Positions 23,854-37,637 of a stretch of 64,000 bases of DNA are shown piece by piece (position 1 is the first letter of the stretch; each line of letters opens with the position of its first letter). Below the pieces are notes generated by a model. That model saw only the letters and a list, made by a program, of their open reading frames with translations. It was not told the DNA's origin and made no database searches. The DNA comes from Hamiltosporidium tvaerminnensis FI-OER-3-3 (taxonomy: Eukaryota; Fungi; Microsporidia): the NCBI GenBank assembly GCA_022605425.2, contig JAKIMF020000013.1:620001-684000 (forward strand), read 5' to 3'. A program made the position numbers and the translations under genes.

Positions 23854-26800
23854 TTCTTTACTTTTAAAATATATAATATATATTTATTGAAAATCTGCAT
23901 ATTAGGCACCACATGATATCCACATTTCATATTCTTCTTTATGTTCTTAACAGATTATCTGAAACCTGTTATATTTACGATAAGAAATAATCGTTTAGAA
24001 GGAGTTAACACACTGAAAAAACTTTTTAGTTAGAATTTTTTCTATTTTAATACATTTGCATTGTGAGATATTGAATTCTGTTATTTTAATGGAGCAATTA
24101 AGAACTTTAATTATGTTCAAATATTGTTTTTTGTTTTTATCCAAACTACAAATGTTACAATTGTCAGAAAAATTTTTATTGTTTTCTTAAATTCCCAAAG
24201 TAATTATTTTTACATATAAATCTAAAGTTATATAGTTTTCGATCTGCTTTTTTTCCCTTTCTTTTACATTTTAACATATAAATAAAAATATGCACAGTAA
24301 ATACCTCGATTTAAGTATATTGTTTATTGTGCCAAGATTGAAAAATTAGATAAAATATTTCATTAAGATTTAACCGCACATGTAATGAAATCGCATTAAT
24401 CTTTTCCAATCTCAATACATTTAATTTTCAATTTTTCATTCAATAATTTAATTTTCATTTAAAGAAAATACCTTGTAGAAAAAGTAAAAAAGATGCATTA
24501 CATAAGAATATAACTTGTTGATTTTAGAAAAAAAAAAAACGAATTATTGTTCCTACTAAAATTTATTTATTTAATAAAATTCAGACTTATACCTTTTTTT
24601 ATCGTTTTCATATATTTTTTTCCACGGTTTTACTGAAATAAATTCTAAAATAATTCTAAAATAATTATACATTCATTTTTCTAAATAATATCCAATTTCA
24701 GATAATATTTTTTTCGAAAAAAAACTTATGAAGCAAAATTTGATTTAAATATTTTCATTTGTTTAAATGATTACCTTATAAACCTGTATTATAAATGATA
24801 TTCGAAAAAACTTAAATTTAAGAAAAAATAAAAATATGTTCTCTAACCCTTACTCAAAAAGAAAAGAGCATATATTTTTGTGTAATTATTTTTCTTTATA
24901 ACTGGAACTAATACCAGCGGGTTAGTTCTTATTTTTAGATGTTTTGTTTTACTATTTATGAAATTTTGAATTTTATTTACATCCTAACAATTATCACTCA
25001 ATATATCCGGAAAGCGACAAGTATACGTAAAAAATATTTATCAATCAGCACTATGAGAGTATTTCATTTATAAACATTTCGAATAAAATAAGACGATTAT
25101 ACATCATTAAATATGGATTGGGGAATGTATGTTTTAACAATGTATTGGAATAAAGCGAATTATGTAACACTTGTTTAGTTAAATATGTACTAAGTTTGGG
25201 AATATCTGAAACAAAAAGACAGTTATGGCTTTATACAAATAATATCAAGTAAGATTTCCCAATTAAAAGTTCGATTCTAGAGGCAGAAAATGTTTTAAAA
25301 AATAATATCATATCAAAAAAATCAACAATGCAGCATTATAAATTGTTTGAGGTCTATTAAAATCATATTTTTCAAAAAAAAATAATCCTAAAAGACGTTT
25401 TGCAAAAATTGCTATCTACATCTCGATTATCTACTTATTTGAAAATTTAAGAAGTAAAACACATAATTAAAAAAATTATGGAATATTTAACGTTTAGTTT
25501 ATTCTTAATGTTTTACCAGCTCACTTCTGTATTTATAACTAGCAAAATTAAAATTATTTATGAAATCTATACGAGTACGATTCACATTCGAGAAATTATT
25601 TACAAAGAATGAATTAAATAAACTTATATATATTTCGAAAGAAGTTTTAAGTCGATTTTATATTATAAAATCAATTTCAATAATTTTGGTCATAATTTTG
25701 CATATAATAAAAATCTTTGTCTACTTCCAAAAGAAATATTACTACAATCTTTGATCCAAGAATTTGCTAAAGGTAAATGTTAGCTTCGTTCAAAAGAATA
25801 TATTTGCATTTAGGTTTTATAAGAATTTTCATATATTACACATACATATTTTAAAATAAATATACTATTTAAATATTTTGAGCAAAGTAATTTGTGAGCA
25901 TAATGGTCATATTTTTGTTTAATCTGAAAACAAATTTAAAAAAATAATACCTTTTTATAAAATACGGGTGAAGAGAAGATAAACACATTAAAAACTATCT
26001 CGTAGGCGATTAGTGTGTAAAATTGTTTTGAAAATAATTGTTGGCATTTTGGTGAAATATAAACTACACTGGTTCTATAGGCAAATCCCCTATTCCCAAG
26101 TTACAACAGATTAAAAGAAATTGGAAAATTTCCAGTTGTTCGTCCTCGACACTGAGAGGTAAGATGGGAATGTAATAAGTGAGTAAATAAGTATAAAACA
26201 CATTATAATCAAAAATGGATCTCAAATTAAAATATATTTAAGTGTTTATTTTATAGAAACCTAGCTAGAAAACAGTTATGAAATAAAAGCACTTGGACTC
26301 CTAAACAAGATCATTGAATCTTAAGGCAGAGAATGAATATAATAAGAAATTACTAAAGAATAAATACAATATAAACGATCTGGCATATATAATTTGGTGA
26401 CAGGAGTAAATAAACCACTTAATAATAATTTGAATATATGTCAAATAATATATAAATTTATCAGCATATTTCTTTAAATTTTCAAAATATTCTGAACTTT
26501 AAATGAATAACTTAAAATCTTTAGGAAGCAAATATTTTGATTTTTAGTTCGGTTAAAAGAAAATATTTATCCCAAAATTGTATTGCCGTTATAAATCATA
26601 CAATCTAAATAAAAACTATTTGGCAACGAAATACACAATATTAATTTATTTCTTTCTACAGTGTGAATATTCGAAAATTAAAAATCCCTATTTTTTTATT
26701 TCATTCTTATAATACTAACCTTTACTCTTTAGAAACGAACTTTATTTTTCATTTCACAAAAAAACAAAAAAAATGCCGATTAGCTGCTATACCGTCATTA

Positions 26801-29800
26801 TCTGGTCTTCATTTTTTAATCTTTTCTACAGCCTTTATATAATCACCTAATCTGTTTTCTCTTATACTTTTTTTTTGGTCTTTTATATTTGCTTTTTTAT
26901 ACGTTTCGAGTAATTCCTAATAAAACTTCTGGTTATTTTATATTCGGAAAATTATTTCTATTCTGTCTATTTGTTTTTATTTTCTTAAAAGTTTAACTTA
27001 TTAATTCTTTTTTCCTCATTTAAATTTATCAAGTATTTCTACCACATCCACCTTTTTTAATTGACTTAAACGTAAATTATGTTTTTCTTTTTTCTAAAAA
27101 ATAGTTTCATACGTGTCATGATGAATTAGCCAATTCAATAACTAAATAGCGTTCTTCTTGTGTTTATTACAAATATTTTAACTTCAGTCGTTATAATTTT
27201 TTTTGCATTATTCTACTACAACTGGATATCTTGGAAATGGCTTTCAAACATAAATTCAACTAAACAATGCTTAAGTATTGGTAAGAATGCCATAAAAAAT
27301 CCGAACAAATTTGTTATAAAACAGAAAACTACGAAAAGTAGAAAAATATAATTTTAAGGGTTTTATTATGAGTTCATACCCCCTAGAAAGGATCTTTAAC
27401 ATTTGTTATTGCAAATAAAATTTAAAATCGATCAACCGTTTTAGAGTGTTTCATGTTTTATTTTTACGAACAATCCTTGGTTGTGAAAAATTTATGAATA
27501 GATCCTAAGATTTATATTTCTAATCAAAACGCTGTTATTGGTGCCTTAAATTTTGGATCTATTAAAAATTTCGCAGAGAGGCTTCACCATTCTCGGAAAA
27601 TTACTAATTCATATAATGGATAATATTAAGTTGTATCAAAGGTTTTTATAATCATACTTTCTATGTCGTAGAATATGTTTTTTTAAATTGAAAAAATCTT
27701 TATTTGAGATGTTTCACATCAATTCAGATCATATATGATTTGTTTGTATATAATAGTAAATTTCTTTTTTAAACTATTTTAATAATATTTATATAGAGCA
27801 ATCTAGCTGAGAACATTAATTAAAATATGTGTATCCAATGCTCTACACGCAAAATAATGTATGTTTTTCTTGAAAATACATGGCTTTCCCCTATTTATTC
27901 ATAATAAATATAACATACCTAATTCTATCCTTCAAAGAATACTAAATTAAATTTTCGATGTCGTATTTAAATTTATAGACCATGTTAATTCTATACCAAA
28001 CCATGATCATAATATTTTCGAAACTACTTAGTTTTTATGTTTTCCTACTTGAATTTACTTAGTCTACAAATGCATAAAATAATCAAAAAAATATACGGTT
28101 GTACCATACTTAAGTATTGAATATTTGTTGATAATACTACTCAATTTTATGGTTTTATGTTCCTATTCTTGTTTAAAACTTGTATCTGTAAGAATAGAAT
28201 ATGGCATATCTTTTTTTTGAACTTTTTTAATCATAATATAAATAGGCGGAATTTTTTTAAAAATCATTTCCATTAAAAAATATTTTAAAAATTTCTGAAT
28301 TTAATTTTGAGCACAACTTTCAAAATAATAGCACATATACATGAACTAGTTTTTAAACAAATACTTTTTCTATAGTTACTCCAATTAATTAATATAATGT
28401 TATATTTCTAAAATTCGAGTGTAAAAATTCGATAAAACTCTATTGTAATTCAAAAGCTTATATAAGAAGTTTTTGTTTCACATATTAATAAAGTATTTTC
28501 GAGGTTTTCAAATATAGTAATTCTACTATTTTTCACAAAATATCTTTTTTTTATTGTTAAATCCTTTGAAGGATATTATTGTGTTAGCTTTGAAAATAAT
28601 TGATTAATTGGTTAGATTCATTACAATATATTTTGTTTGTCTTACTCATTTGTGTTATGAGTGAAAAGTATCTCACTTTACAAACCGGATTTTACATGTT
28701 CAAAAACAATATTCAATAATTACTATATTTAACAAATATTTTTACAAGGCTGTTTTACTCGATAAAAATCAAACAGAAACATACACATAGAGATAGTGGA
28801 ATATTAAATCCAACTCATTTATGAAGATTAATATTTAAAAAATAATACGATGTTATTTTCTTTAATCTAAAATCGCTGTGTTTAGAAATTCTACTTATAT
28901 ATTATTGTGTGCTATTTATATTCATATTTTTTTTGAAAAATTTACCTTTTTGAAAATGTTAGGGCGAATATATTTTCAATTTGATGTGACTGATATATTT
29001 CATGATTGAGGTTTTGACAACGAATATAATTAAAACAATTATGTTTATAATAAGCAATTAATCCAAAGTCGTTGATTCTAAATTGCAAAATTAATTGTTT
29101 ATACTATATCCATCATTTTCTAAGCATTCGCCTTATACTTTTTCGTTTCAAAAGATTGAATAAAGTTGTTTCTTTGAATATATATTTACGTATTTAAAAT
29201 ATATTAGAATTTGAATACATTTAACTATTTTCAATTGTACATCTTTACTTTATCCTACCTCTCATTTCAAACTTATATTATTTATATATTTAACTAATTA
29301 AATGATTGTTTAAAAGGTTCTAGGTTATAATAGAAGTGTGGCTATATGCTAAAATTTTTAAATGTATCAATATAATTTTTTAAAATGTAAAATTCTAGAG
29401 TTTGTATATCGAGTATCTGTTTATCGGGAATATATATTAATTGGTTTGGAAATTGATGCCTTAAATGAATACATTAATATTATAAAATATTTTTATAGAT
29501 AGAAGCTAAATTTTTGAATTATGTTGAATAAATAAATCAAGGAATATTTATATAGTATATAAACTTGAATGTTTCAATTTGTTTTAGCTTTTTCCCAATA
29601 TCACAAAAAAATATATTTGAAACTGAAGAAAATTTTATAGTACAATAATGTATTTTGTAAAATCAAAATATAAGTGTCAATATTTTCGAAATTAATATTG
29701 TATGAAGCATGTAGAGAATTTATATATTGAAAAATACCCGGGTATGACTAAATAGATGACATAATAGGGTAGTTTGGTGTCAACTCTACTTTTCTTAAAT

Positions 29801-29927
29801 AAATATAAGTTCGAGTCCTAAAATCGAATTAAGAGTCACATAATCAAGAAATCATAAAAATATATTTCTGAAAATAAGTGTAGGAATCGGTATAATAACT
29901 TATATGAGAATCGGAATAAGAAAAAAT

Positions 29928-30477
29928 ATATCCCTGCTTTAGATACTTCTTACGTATTCTAGTCTTCATTTAATCTGTTATCACTCGAGATTATATGAGA
30001 TTGGCTTATGGATCTACTGTATTTTATATCTCACTATAATGTAAACAATAATTTTCAAATAATTCTACACGCTCATTCCAAAGCAGTAAGTTTTTATAAT
30101 GGTTATGAACTCTCAACTCTTTGTTTTGGATAAGAAATAATATATTATTGTTCATTGAATTTTTAATTACTTAATTAGGTTTCCTTAAAATTATATGAAC
30201 GGAAAAACTAAAGATGATCGACTTATAGGTTAATGTGTCAATTCTTGTTTGTGATTCTAGTAATAGGGATAATATCTTTTTATAATAGCCCGGATCGTAT
30301 TGTAATCAAATACAATATAACTTGGTTCTAAAACCTGAAATAAGTGAATCAGAGACTCGGTTTTAGTCAATGTAATTTTAAAATATAGTAAAAACATTTC
30401 AGTAGATCCACAAAAAAACTAGCCAACTTAACTCTTATATGATTCATGAGAGACATTAATTACATGTCTCAGGGATG
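29928..30477. repeat. Degenerate long inverted repeat (possible old MITE)
   Basis: atccctg...ttggcttatggatctactg on the left is mirrored by cagtagatcca...agccaa...cagggat on the right. Confidence 0.35.
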
Positions 30478-32383
30478 CGAGAACACAAGCAATTCATATT
30501 GCTACATACATACATACACAACAAAGAAGAATAAATATTTATCAATGAATACTCAAAGGTAAATAAAACAACCGAAATTAAAGCTTGAGATCAAAATAAG
30601 GAAAAATATTTAAATACGATAGAATATGAATGTGAATAAAGCCCGCAAAAACAATCTCTCATAAAATATCTTTTATATTTTAGTTGAATATTTGTAAAAT
30701 GTATAAGATTGGAAATTTGATCCAAATAAATTTTAACTTTTGCCTCAATGCATATTTAAAATGATGATTATTTTAACAATTCTTTAATTTCGAATAAAGA
30801 TAATTTTCGAAATTTCAATATTTTATACGAGCTATGAAATAGGAAAACTGATAGAACATGTAAAAAATCACAATATAAACCAATAAAATCTATAGTTTTT
30901 ATTTGATTTTTTGTTTTTTAAAAAAAAGGGCGCAATTTATTTCTAACTAGATTATAAAAAAATCTTTTGGGTAAATCCAAACATTTCCAGATGTTCGTAA
31001 TGTATCTTTAATTTATTATATTTCAGACAGGTAAAACAAAACTAAAAACTGAAATCTATACTTTACAATCTGAAAACATTAAATTTTTGATTCATTAACA
31101 GTAAGCACTATTAATTTATCTTTCGGATTTCTTTTATATAATTATACTTAAAATAAAAAAAGCTCTTGTAAAAAATATTCACAAAGAATTACAAATATAT
31201 TTGATTCATTCTTTATATAAAGAAAAATTGGTTTACAAAAATATACAAAGTAAATTCAAATAAAAAACTGCATTTAAATTGGTTGGATATGAGCACCAGT
31301 ATTTATTAAAAAGCTTAATGTTCATATATATCGTCAAAGAGACCCGATCATATATTCTGGCATTTCTGCTCTTTAAAACTAATGATCTATCAAGTAAATT
31401 AAATTAAAACCACTAATAATACTCTGTTTTACAAATAAAAGATATTATTATTTTATTGAGAATATAAGTTAGGATTATTGTCAAAAATATGAAATTTACA
31501 AAAAATAGAAATATTATTCTTTTTTTTTAGTTTGAACTCTTAATATAATATGAAAATACATTATTACATAAAAATCTAGCGGCTATGATTATAAAAAACT
31601 CCGAAAAAAATTTAAATGTCTGCATCTAAGCATATTTAGATATTCAAAACTTTCTATAAAAATATTCGAATATAATTCTAAATTATTTCAAATTCGCAAT
31701 CTCTAATTCTAAAAATATTATGTTTGTCTTAAATTATGAGAAAAATAACTTTGTATTTAAACAAGATAAAAAAGGTTATTACATTCACTATATTAACTTC
31801 ATTTTAGTATATTTTAACTTTTTACTTCGTTTAGTAAACTTTTAATTATTTACTAAATATAAGCAAGAAAATATTTTTCTATGAACTAATTGGCAATAAA
31901 CCATATAAATATTCTTATTTTTAGAAATTAATTTGTTAAAACATTCAGAGGAATTACCTGACCAAATCAAAAATAGACTATATGCAATTTTTCAAAGCTT
32001 TATTTGAAATTTAAATATTAATTCAGTTTTATAATATACAACCTTAAACCGGAACTTTTCGAAAATATATTTTTTTAAAACAAAAAGAATTTTTCTATTT
32101 AACGAATTTGCTGGAAATAAAAACAATAAGATTTTTATTTTTATGTGTCAAATGGTACAATATATTTAAATATTTTATTCGACTAAGAACCTTTTCAACC
32201 AGAGTAAACAAACATTTGAATAAAACATTCAGGCGAAAATAAATATAAATGTAGTAAACCAAGTAAACAGAATTATAAGCAAAATATATTTTAAATCTAT
32301 TTTCCATAGATTTAATTATTAAATTGATCTTTACTTTGTATATTTTAATTGCTTATAATACATTTTTATAATATCTAGGACTA

Positions 32384-33681
32384 TTTAATAAAATTCTGGG
32401 TTAAAATATTTTAACATTTTTATATGTTTTCTTCTACCTCTTTAACCACTATTGTTTCTTCTTCCAAATCCGACTCTTCATTTATGTTATTGGTCGGTTC
32501 CTCCAGAGTGGTTCCTCCTTGTGAAATAAGGGGTGTATTATTTTTTGGTTTTAAAATTTTAACACCATCTTCCTCTCTTTTCGCTTCTTTTAAAGGGGGT
32601 ATTGGTTCCTCATGCATCTCTGATCTCATAATAACACCCATTGACGCTCTCTCCCAGCTCTCTTCGGCATTTAGTCCTGACTCAAGTCCTCTTCGTCGAT
32701 CAAAGGAAATTGTTTCGACTGTCTTCTTAAGTACTATAGACTGAATATATGTCTCTATATTTATGGGTATTTCTAGTCTTTTAAGATGAGATTTATGGTA
32801 TTTTGTCACAATACCGTCCCAGATCATTACATAAGGGATTATCTCAACACTACACTTATAAATAAGACCTAACTCATTGGCTAGCAGGTCATACTTCCTA
32901 AGTTTTTCAGTTTCAACTATTTGAAGTGAATCTTGGGAAGTGATTCCTACTTCAATAAGTGTTATCTTATTCTTCTTCTTATCTAAAATAAATATATCGG
33001 GTCTGTTATTCCGAATTTTAACATCAGTTTTTATTCTGGTATCCACTCTTATCTCTGCATACTCATTATCAAAAATTTCTTGAACTGAGTGACTCCTTAT
33101 TCGTTTTGAAGACTTAAACTTATATCTATTTAGAAGAAGTAGGTGTAGGCATCTAACCACTTCATTGTGTCGTCTAGTATAGTCATGACCTAGCATTTTT
33201 TCACATCGAGTTGCTAGATGATCTACGGTCTTACCAGACTTCCCGCAATGTTGATACACACCATCTGCTCCCCAGAATACATTTCTATCCTGGATATAGC
33301 AGAACATAGCTTCGTTGTGTGGCCTAATATTCCCTCTCTTTAACCATCTTGAAGAGTCACTAACACTCACTTCAAGTTCATTTTTCCTTGCATTATATAA
33401 CTTTGAATAGAGTTTTCGTTTTTCTATTTCTTTATATATTTTTGCCAGTTGAGCATCTTCTAAACTTTTCTTAGTGACTTCTTCTACTAACCTGTACTTT
33501 ACTTTTAAGAAACCTTTTATTAGTGCAAGATGTATTTTCTTATTATTCTGAACCTTGAGGATTGCTGCTCGTCTAGTTGATATTTCTTTTCTTTTTTTAG
33601 ACGATCAAAGAGTTGGAAAAGCAGATGTTCGCTTCGCAACTCAACACTATGTAGGCCTCTTCCAAGTTCTGTTCTAGGGAG
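32384..33681 (-). mobile_element. 5'-truncated non-LTR retrotransposon with restriction-like endonuclease (RLE class)
   Basis: 10-bp TSD TCTAGGACTA at 32374-32383 and 33682-33691. Begins in the post-RT region (LPRTELGRGL) and has a frameshift upstream of the 32420-33370 ORF. Confidence 0.85.
32420..33370 (-). pseudogene. C-terminal CCHC knuckle plus PD-(D/E)xK endonuclease portion of a non-LTR RT protein
   Basis: (C>Y)QHC...DHLATRC knuckle, RHNEVV motif, and RPDIFILD...LIEVGIT...EKLRKY. The RT core is absent because of the 5' truncation. Confidence 0.85.
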
Positions 33682-34522
33682 TCTAGGACTAAATTATACA
33701 TTTGTTTTAAATGTTTTTTTCATTAGAATACAAAATAAAAAATTTTTAAATTAATCTATCTGTTTTTTCAATAACGAATCTATGAATTAATCTGATTTGT
33801 ATTTATATAAATGCTATAGTGAAATATTATAAAAAAATAATTTCTTACAATACATCAGTCAGTTATTATCTGAATTTCAATCGATTATTATTTTTTTTAT
33901 TCCAAATTATATACGCATGTATTTTACGTCGAGCCTGTAAATTCTTCATATTCCAAATTAATACTATATACTTTTATTAACCAACTGTAAAATTAAAATT
34001 TTAATCATTATTTTGAGATTTTTGGTAATGATTTTCCAATTTAAATTTATACGAATTAATTGAGTTTGATGAAAAATTTTGGTATTCAATTCGAATTGAA
34101 ACTAATTTTTCAAGGTTTTAAATTCTTAAAATATAAATTTAGAATTACTAAAAATTTATTCTCTACATTGCTTTTTGTATTATTGTTACTCAACATAATT
34201 AAATTTACTTAGAATAAACTTAATCGGTTTTGATGCTGAAAATAAAATTATTCGATTCTATCAACGAATTATTAAAAAAAAAACGGTTTTTTGGATTCTA
34301 ATTTAAATTAGTTATTCTGAAATTAAATACCAATATATAAAAAATCCATAAATAGCACTAAATTAATTTTATTTTTTCTATTTTTAGTAATATATGTTGT
34401 TTTCTAAAAAGGTTTTTATTTTTAACTTGTTTTTTTAAAAATCTAAATTTCTAATCATTGAATGTGTAGCCCCTACATATTATAAATAAATTTTTAGATA
34501 AAAAGTATATTTTAAATATTAT

Positions 34523-35689
34523 TTAACTCAAAAGCATACCGAAACCACTCAACAACACAAAAATATGCCCATAAAAATTTACATTTTTCCAAATGGAAAA
34601 TGTTTTATCTAAATCCAGGGTGATGAATGGAACAGAAAAATAGGAAACTATTGCCATCATTTGGAATAAACAAACAAATTTACAAATTGAATCGTTGAGA
34701 TATTTTTTATAAATTCTTATGTTGTTTCTTATGAAGGGTATAATGAGACCAAAACTTAAGAACATAAGGAAATAACACCAGTTTAAACCATGCCATATAG
34801 CAGAAACAAAAAAGGTTGCTAGACTGGCCATAAAAATCGAATATCCTTTTAAAGGAACGAATACGCAATCTTTAAGCCACTTATTTGTACAGATATTCCA
34901 TGAATCTGTAACACCTTTGATATTTGTAGAAAATTCCACACTTAACGGAAAAATATTTTTTTGATTTGTATATCCATCCAATGAAAATACAGAATGTGCA
35001 AAAGTCCAAACAAAATAGTACTTACATCTAAAACCGAAGCTAAATACATACAGAAACAAAAAATTCTTAAAGAAATTACTTTTTTGCATTTCCAACATTT
35101 TTTCAACACTAAACTTACTTCTTATAAGTAAATGAAGTCCCATAAAAATAAAAGACTCCATTAATACTCGAAGTGAGAACAAAATATATTTTTTAGTTTG
35201 TTTTGGTCTTTCAATAAATCCTTTAAATGATGGTGCTGGACCTACCAAAATACTGGGAAGATAAAAGATATAACTTATAAGATTATAAATGGTGTGCGTA
35301 GAAAAATCATACTCCTTTCCCAAATAATACATCTTGATTACGAGCATCATTAGAGGTCCACTTATATTTGGCCCGAGTCTTTCACCATAAATTCCTTTAA
35401 TAAAATTATTCAATTGTTGGTATAAAAGTAAACCAAGAATATTACTTCCAGTCATTATAAAACGTATTCTTTCAGTTCGTTTGAACAAATATAAGACAGA
35501 AAGATTTGAAAAAACAACTACCAAAAAGAAGATTACGTCAATAATACCAAATGCTATCAAAATACAACATAAGCTAAAAAGAGGAAACAAATTTGTTCTT
35601 TTTGTCAATTTTAAACCGAAAGTAATAATATATGTTAGAAAAAGTGCAAGAATATATCTAAATTCCGGCATTTCTACTATTTTGTTCAT
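34523..35689 (-). CDS. MBOAT family lysophospholipid acyltransferase (Ale1/LPCAT-like)
   Basis: 388-aa protein with multiple TM segments. Motifs YLPSILVGP, KYYFVW, SWNICTNKWLK and catalytic SAIWHG. CCC immediately before the ATG. Confidence 0.92.
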   Translation of the reverse strand: MNKIVEMPEFRYILALFLTYIITFGLKLTKRTNLFPLFSLCCILIAFGIIDVIFFLVVVFSNLSVLYLFKRTERIRFIMTGSNILGLLLYQQLNNFIKGIYGERLGPNISGPLMMLVIKMYYLGKEYDFSTHTIYNLISYIFYLPSILVGPAPSFKGFIERPKQTKKYILFSLRVLMESFIFMGLHLLIRSKFSVEKMLEMQKSNFFKNFLFLYVFSFGFRCKYYFVWTFAHSVFSLDGYTNQKNIFPLSVEFSTNIKGVTDSWNICTNKWLKDCVFVPLKGYSIFMASLATFFVSAIWHGLNWCYFLMFLSFGLIIPFIRNNIRIYKKYLNDSICKFVCLFQMMAIVSYFSVPFITLDLDKTFSIWKNVNFYGHIFVLLSGFGMLLS

Positions 35690-36045
35690 GGGTTTCGATT
35701 TTTTTGTATTTTTCTGTTTTTATTAACCAATTAGCATTTAAATTTATATCAGTCGATAAGAACGAATGATTTTAGTTAATACAACATAGAAATATAAAAC
35801 TTAAAATCCGCATCAAATAATTCGATTTTCTATTTTAGCATATTTGACAAATAAAATAGAAAATTCGCAATATTTTTTGGTTAAATGCAAGACAATACTT
35901 TAAAGAATGAAAACTTTTGTTCGAAGTGTCAGAATTCCTCACACAATTTGTTTCGAAATTAAATAGAAATTTTTTTAAAAAAAATTACATTGTAAATTTT
36001 CTTAATCGGTAATTATTTTTATTATTTTCATTGCAATATTAGAAG

Positions 36046-36773
36046 TTTTATTTAAAAGTATCACATCTTTTTAAAATAGTGGCAAGTGTTATATTTGTTT
36101 TTATGACATTAACGCAGTTCTAGGTTTAACATAAATGACTGCTACCCCAACACTCCATCGGTAACCCCTGCGATACCTACGTCCCAAAGCCGTTCATCTA
36201 CCAGGTGTTTAGAACCTAATTACTAGGTGAGGCAGGTGCCCGGAGTTCGTTAATGTCCGTTGCATGGAGTGTGATCGAAGGCCGAAGCCCCCCCTGGGCA
36301 CCCCCAAGACTATGTAGCATTCCCACTTACTCTACACTTTCTGAACCCAATAAACTTCTAGCTAAGATATATTTCAGAGATTTACATGGGGTCCACCTAA
36401 ACAGTGCAATGTCATACCAACAGGTATAACCTGCTACTTAGCTCTCCCGGCTTTTAATGGTTTTTATTTTTGTATCTCCCAGGCGCAAAGTCTTCTAAAC
36501 CGAGTGAGCAAGGCTAGGTTTCCATGCTTTTACATGGCAATTACCTACATGTTCAGCTGCGGTCTCCAATCTGGTTACATAAAAAACTACAAATAAATTT
36601 GTAGAAAAAGTTTCTCCATTTCTTAGACCTCTCCTCCTCATAACAACTCCCATGGAACAACCGAAGATGTAGTGTGGTTTTATTCCCACCAAAAATCCAA
36701 ACAATGACCTCACACCAGTTTCACACACTCATTGCCAAGCAGAAAGTTTTTTATGTGGTTATCCTCCCTCCAC
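36046..36773 (-). mobile_element. ~730-bp SINE-like element, full copy
   Basis: Highly similar to 23122-23853. 13-bp TSD GCAATATTAGAAG at 36033-36045 and 36774-36786. Confidence 0.87.
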
Positions 36774-37637
36774 GCAATATTAGAAGAAGAAATAAATTAA
36801 ATAATTTCTTTCTATGATATTAAACACAAGTTGAAATGAATATTCTTTAGAAATTCAGATGGATTTTTTTAAAATACTAAAAATTAGATCTAGATAGTTG
36901 CCATATTTTAAGATAAAAACATATTTTATAATCTATGGCGCTACTCTTCAAAAAATCTAAAAATATATATTTAAAATTCTTGAAATAATCATTTATTCAA
37001 TTTATTAAATATATATATAAATTCTGATATAAAATCTTTAACTACAAAATTATCTCAGCCTCTTTTAAATATGGAAAATACTTAAGATTATATTTTAAAT
37101 CAAGAAATATACTTTATTGCTAAATTCTGACATTATATAGTGGAAATAAGTAAAAATGCGCCTTTAAAAAAAAAAAGATCAAAGATCTTGTAATAAGAAT
37201 CTAGAGACCGGTATGGAAAACCAGTATTGGCGTATTTTATTAGTAATTTACAACCCTGTAATAAATTTAAAGCAATGAAAATAAACTTTAATTAGAATAA
37301 AAGTGTATTATAAGCAAACATATGCATTTGTACTTGAGACTTTATCATTTTAAAAAAAAATATTTTCAAAAAATTTGAAATTTTTCTCAATTGATCTACA
37401 AGGCAATATTTTAAAATTTAATTCACTTAGTTTTTAGTTCTGATTCTGTAATGCAAGATATAAATGTTTGTAAATTTCTTTCGCCTTTTAGAAACTTCTA
37501 AATGAACAAGTTAGTTTTTTCCTAAAGTAATTATTTATGTATTACATCCAATTTAAAATCATTTTCGCACGGTTTTATTTATATCATAAAAAAAGAAAAA
37601 CATGGAAATTAGAAATTTACATAGTCTTTCATAACTC

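Noticed and set aside
29805-29822. B-box-like GTTCGAGTCC, and a tRNA-like start GGGGTGTAGTGG near 41869
   Set aside because: No cloverleaf could be built around either.
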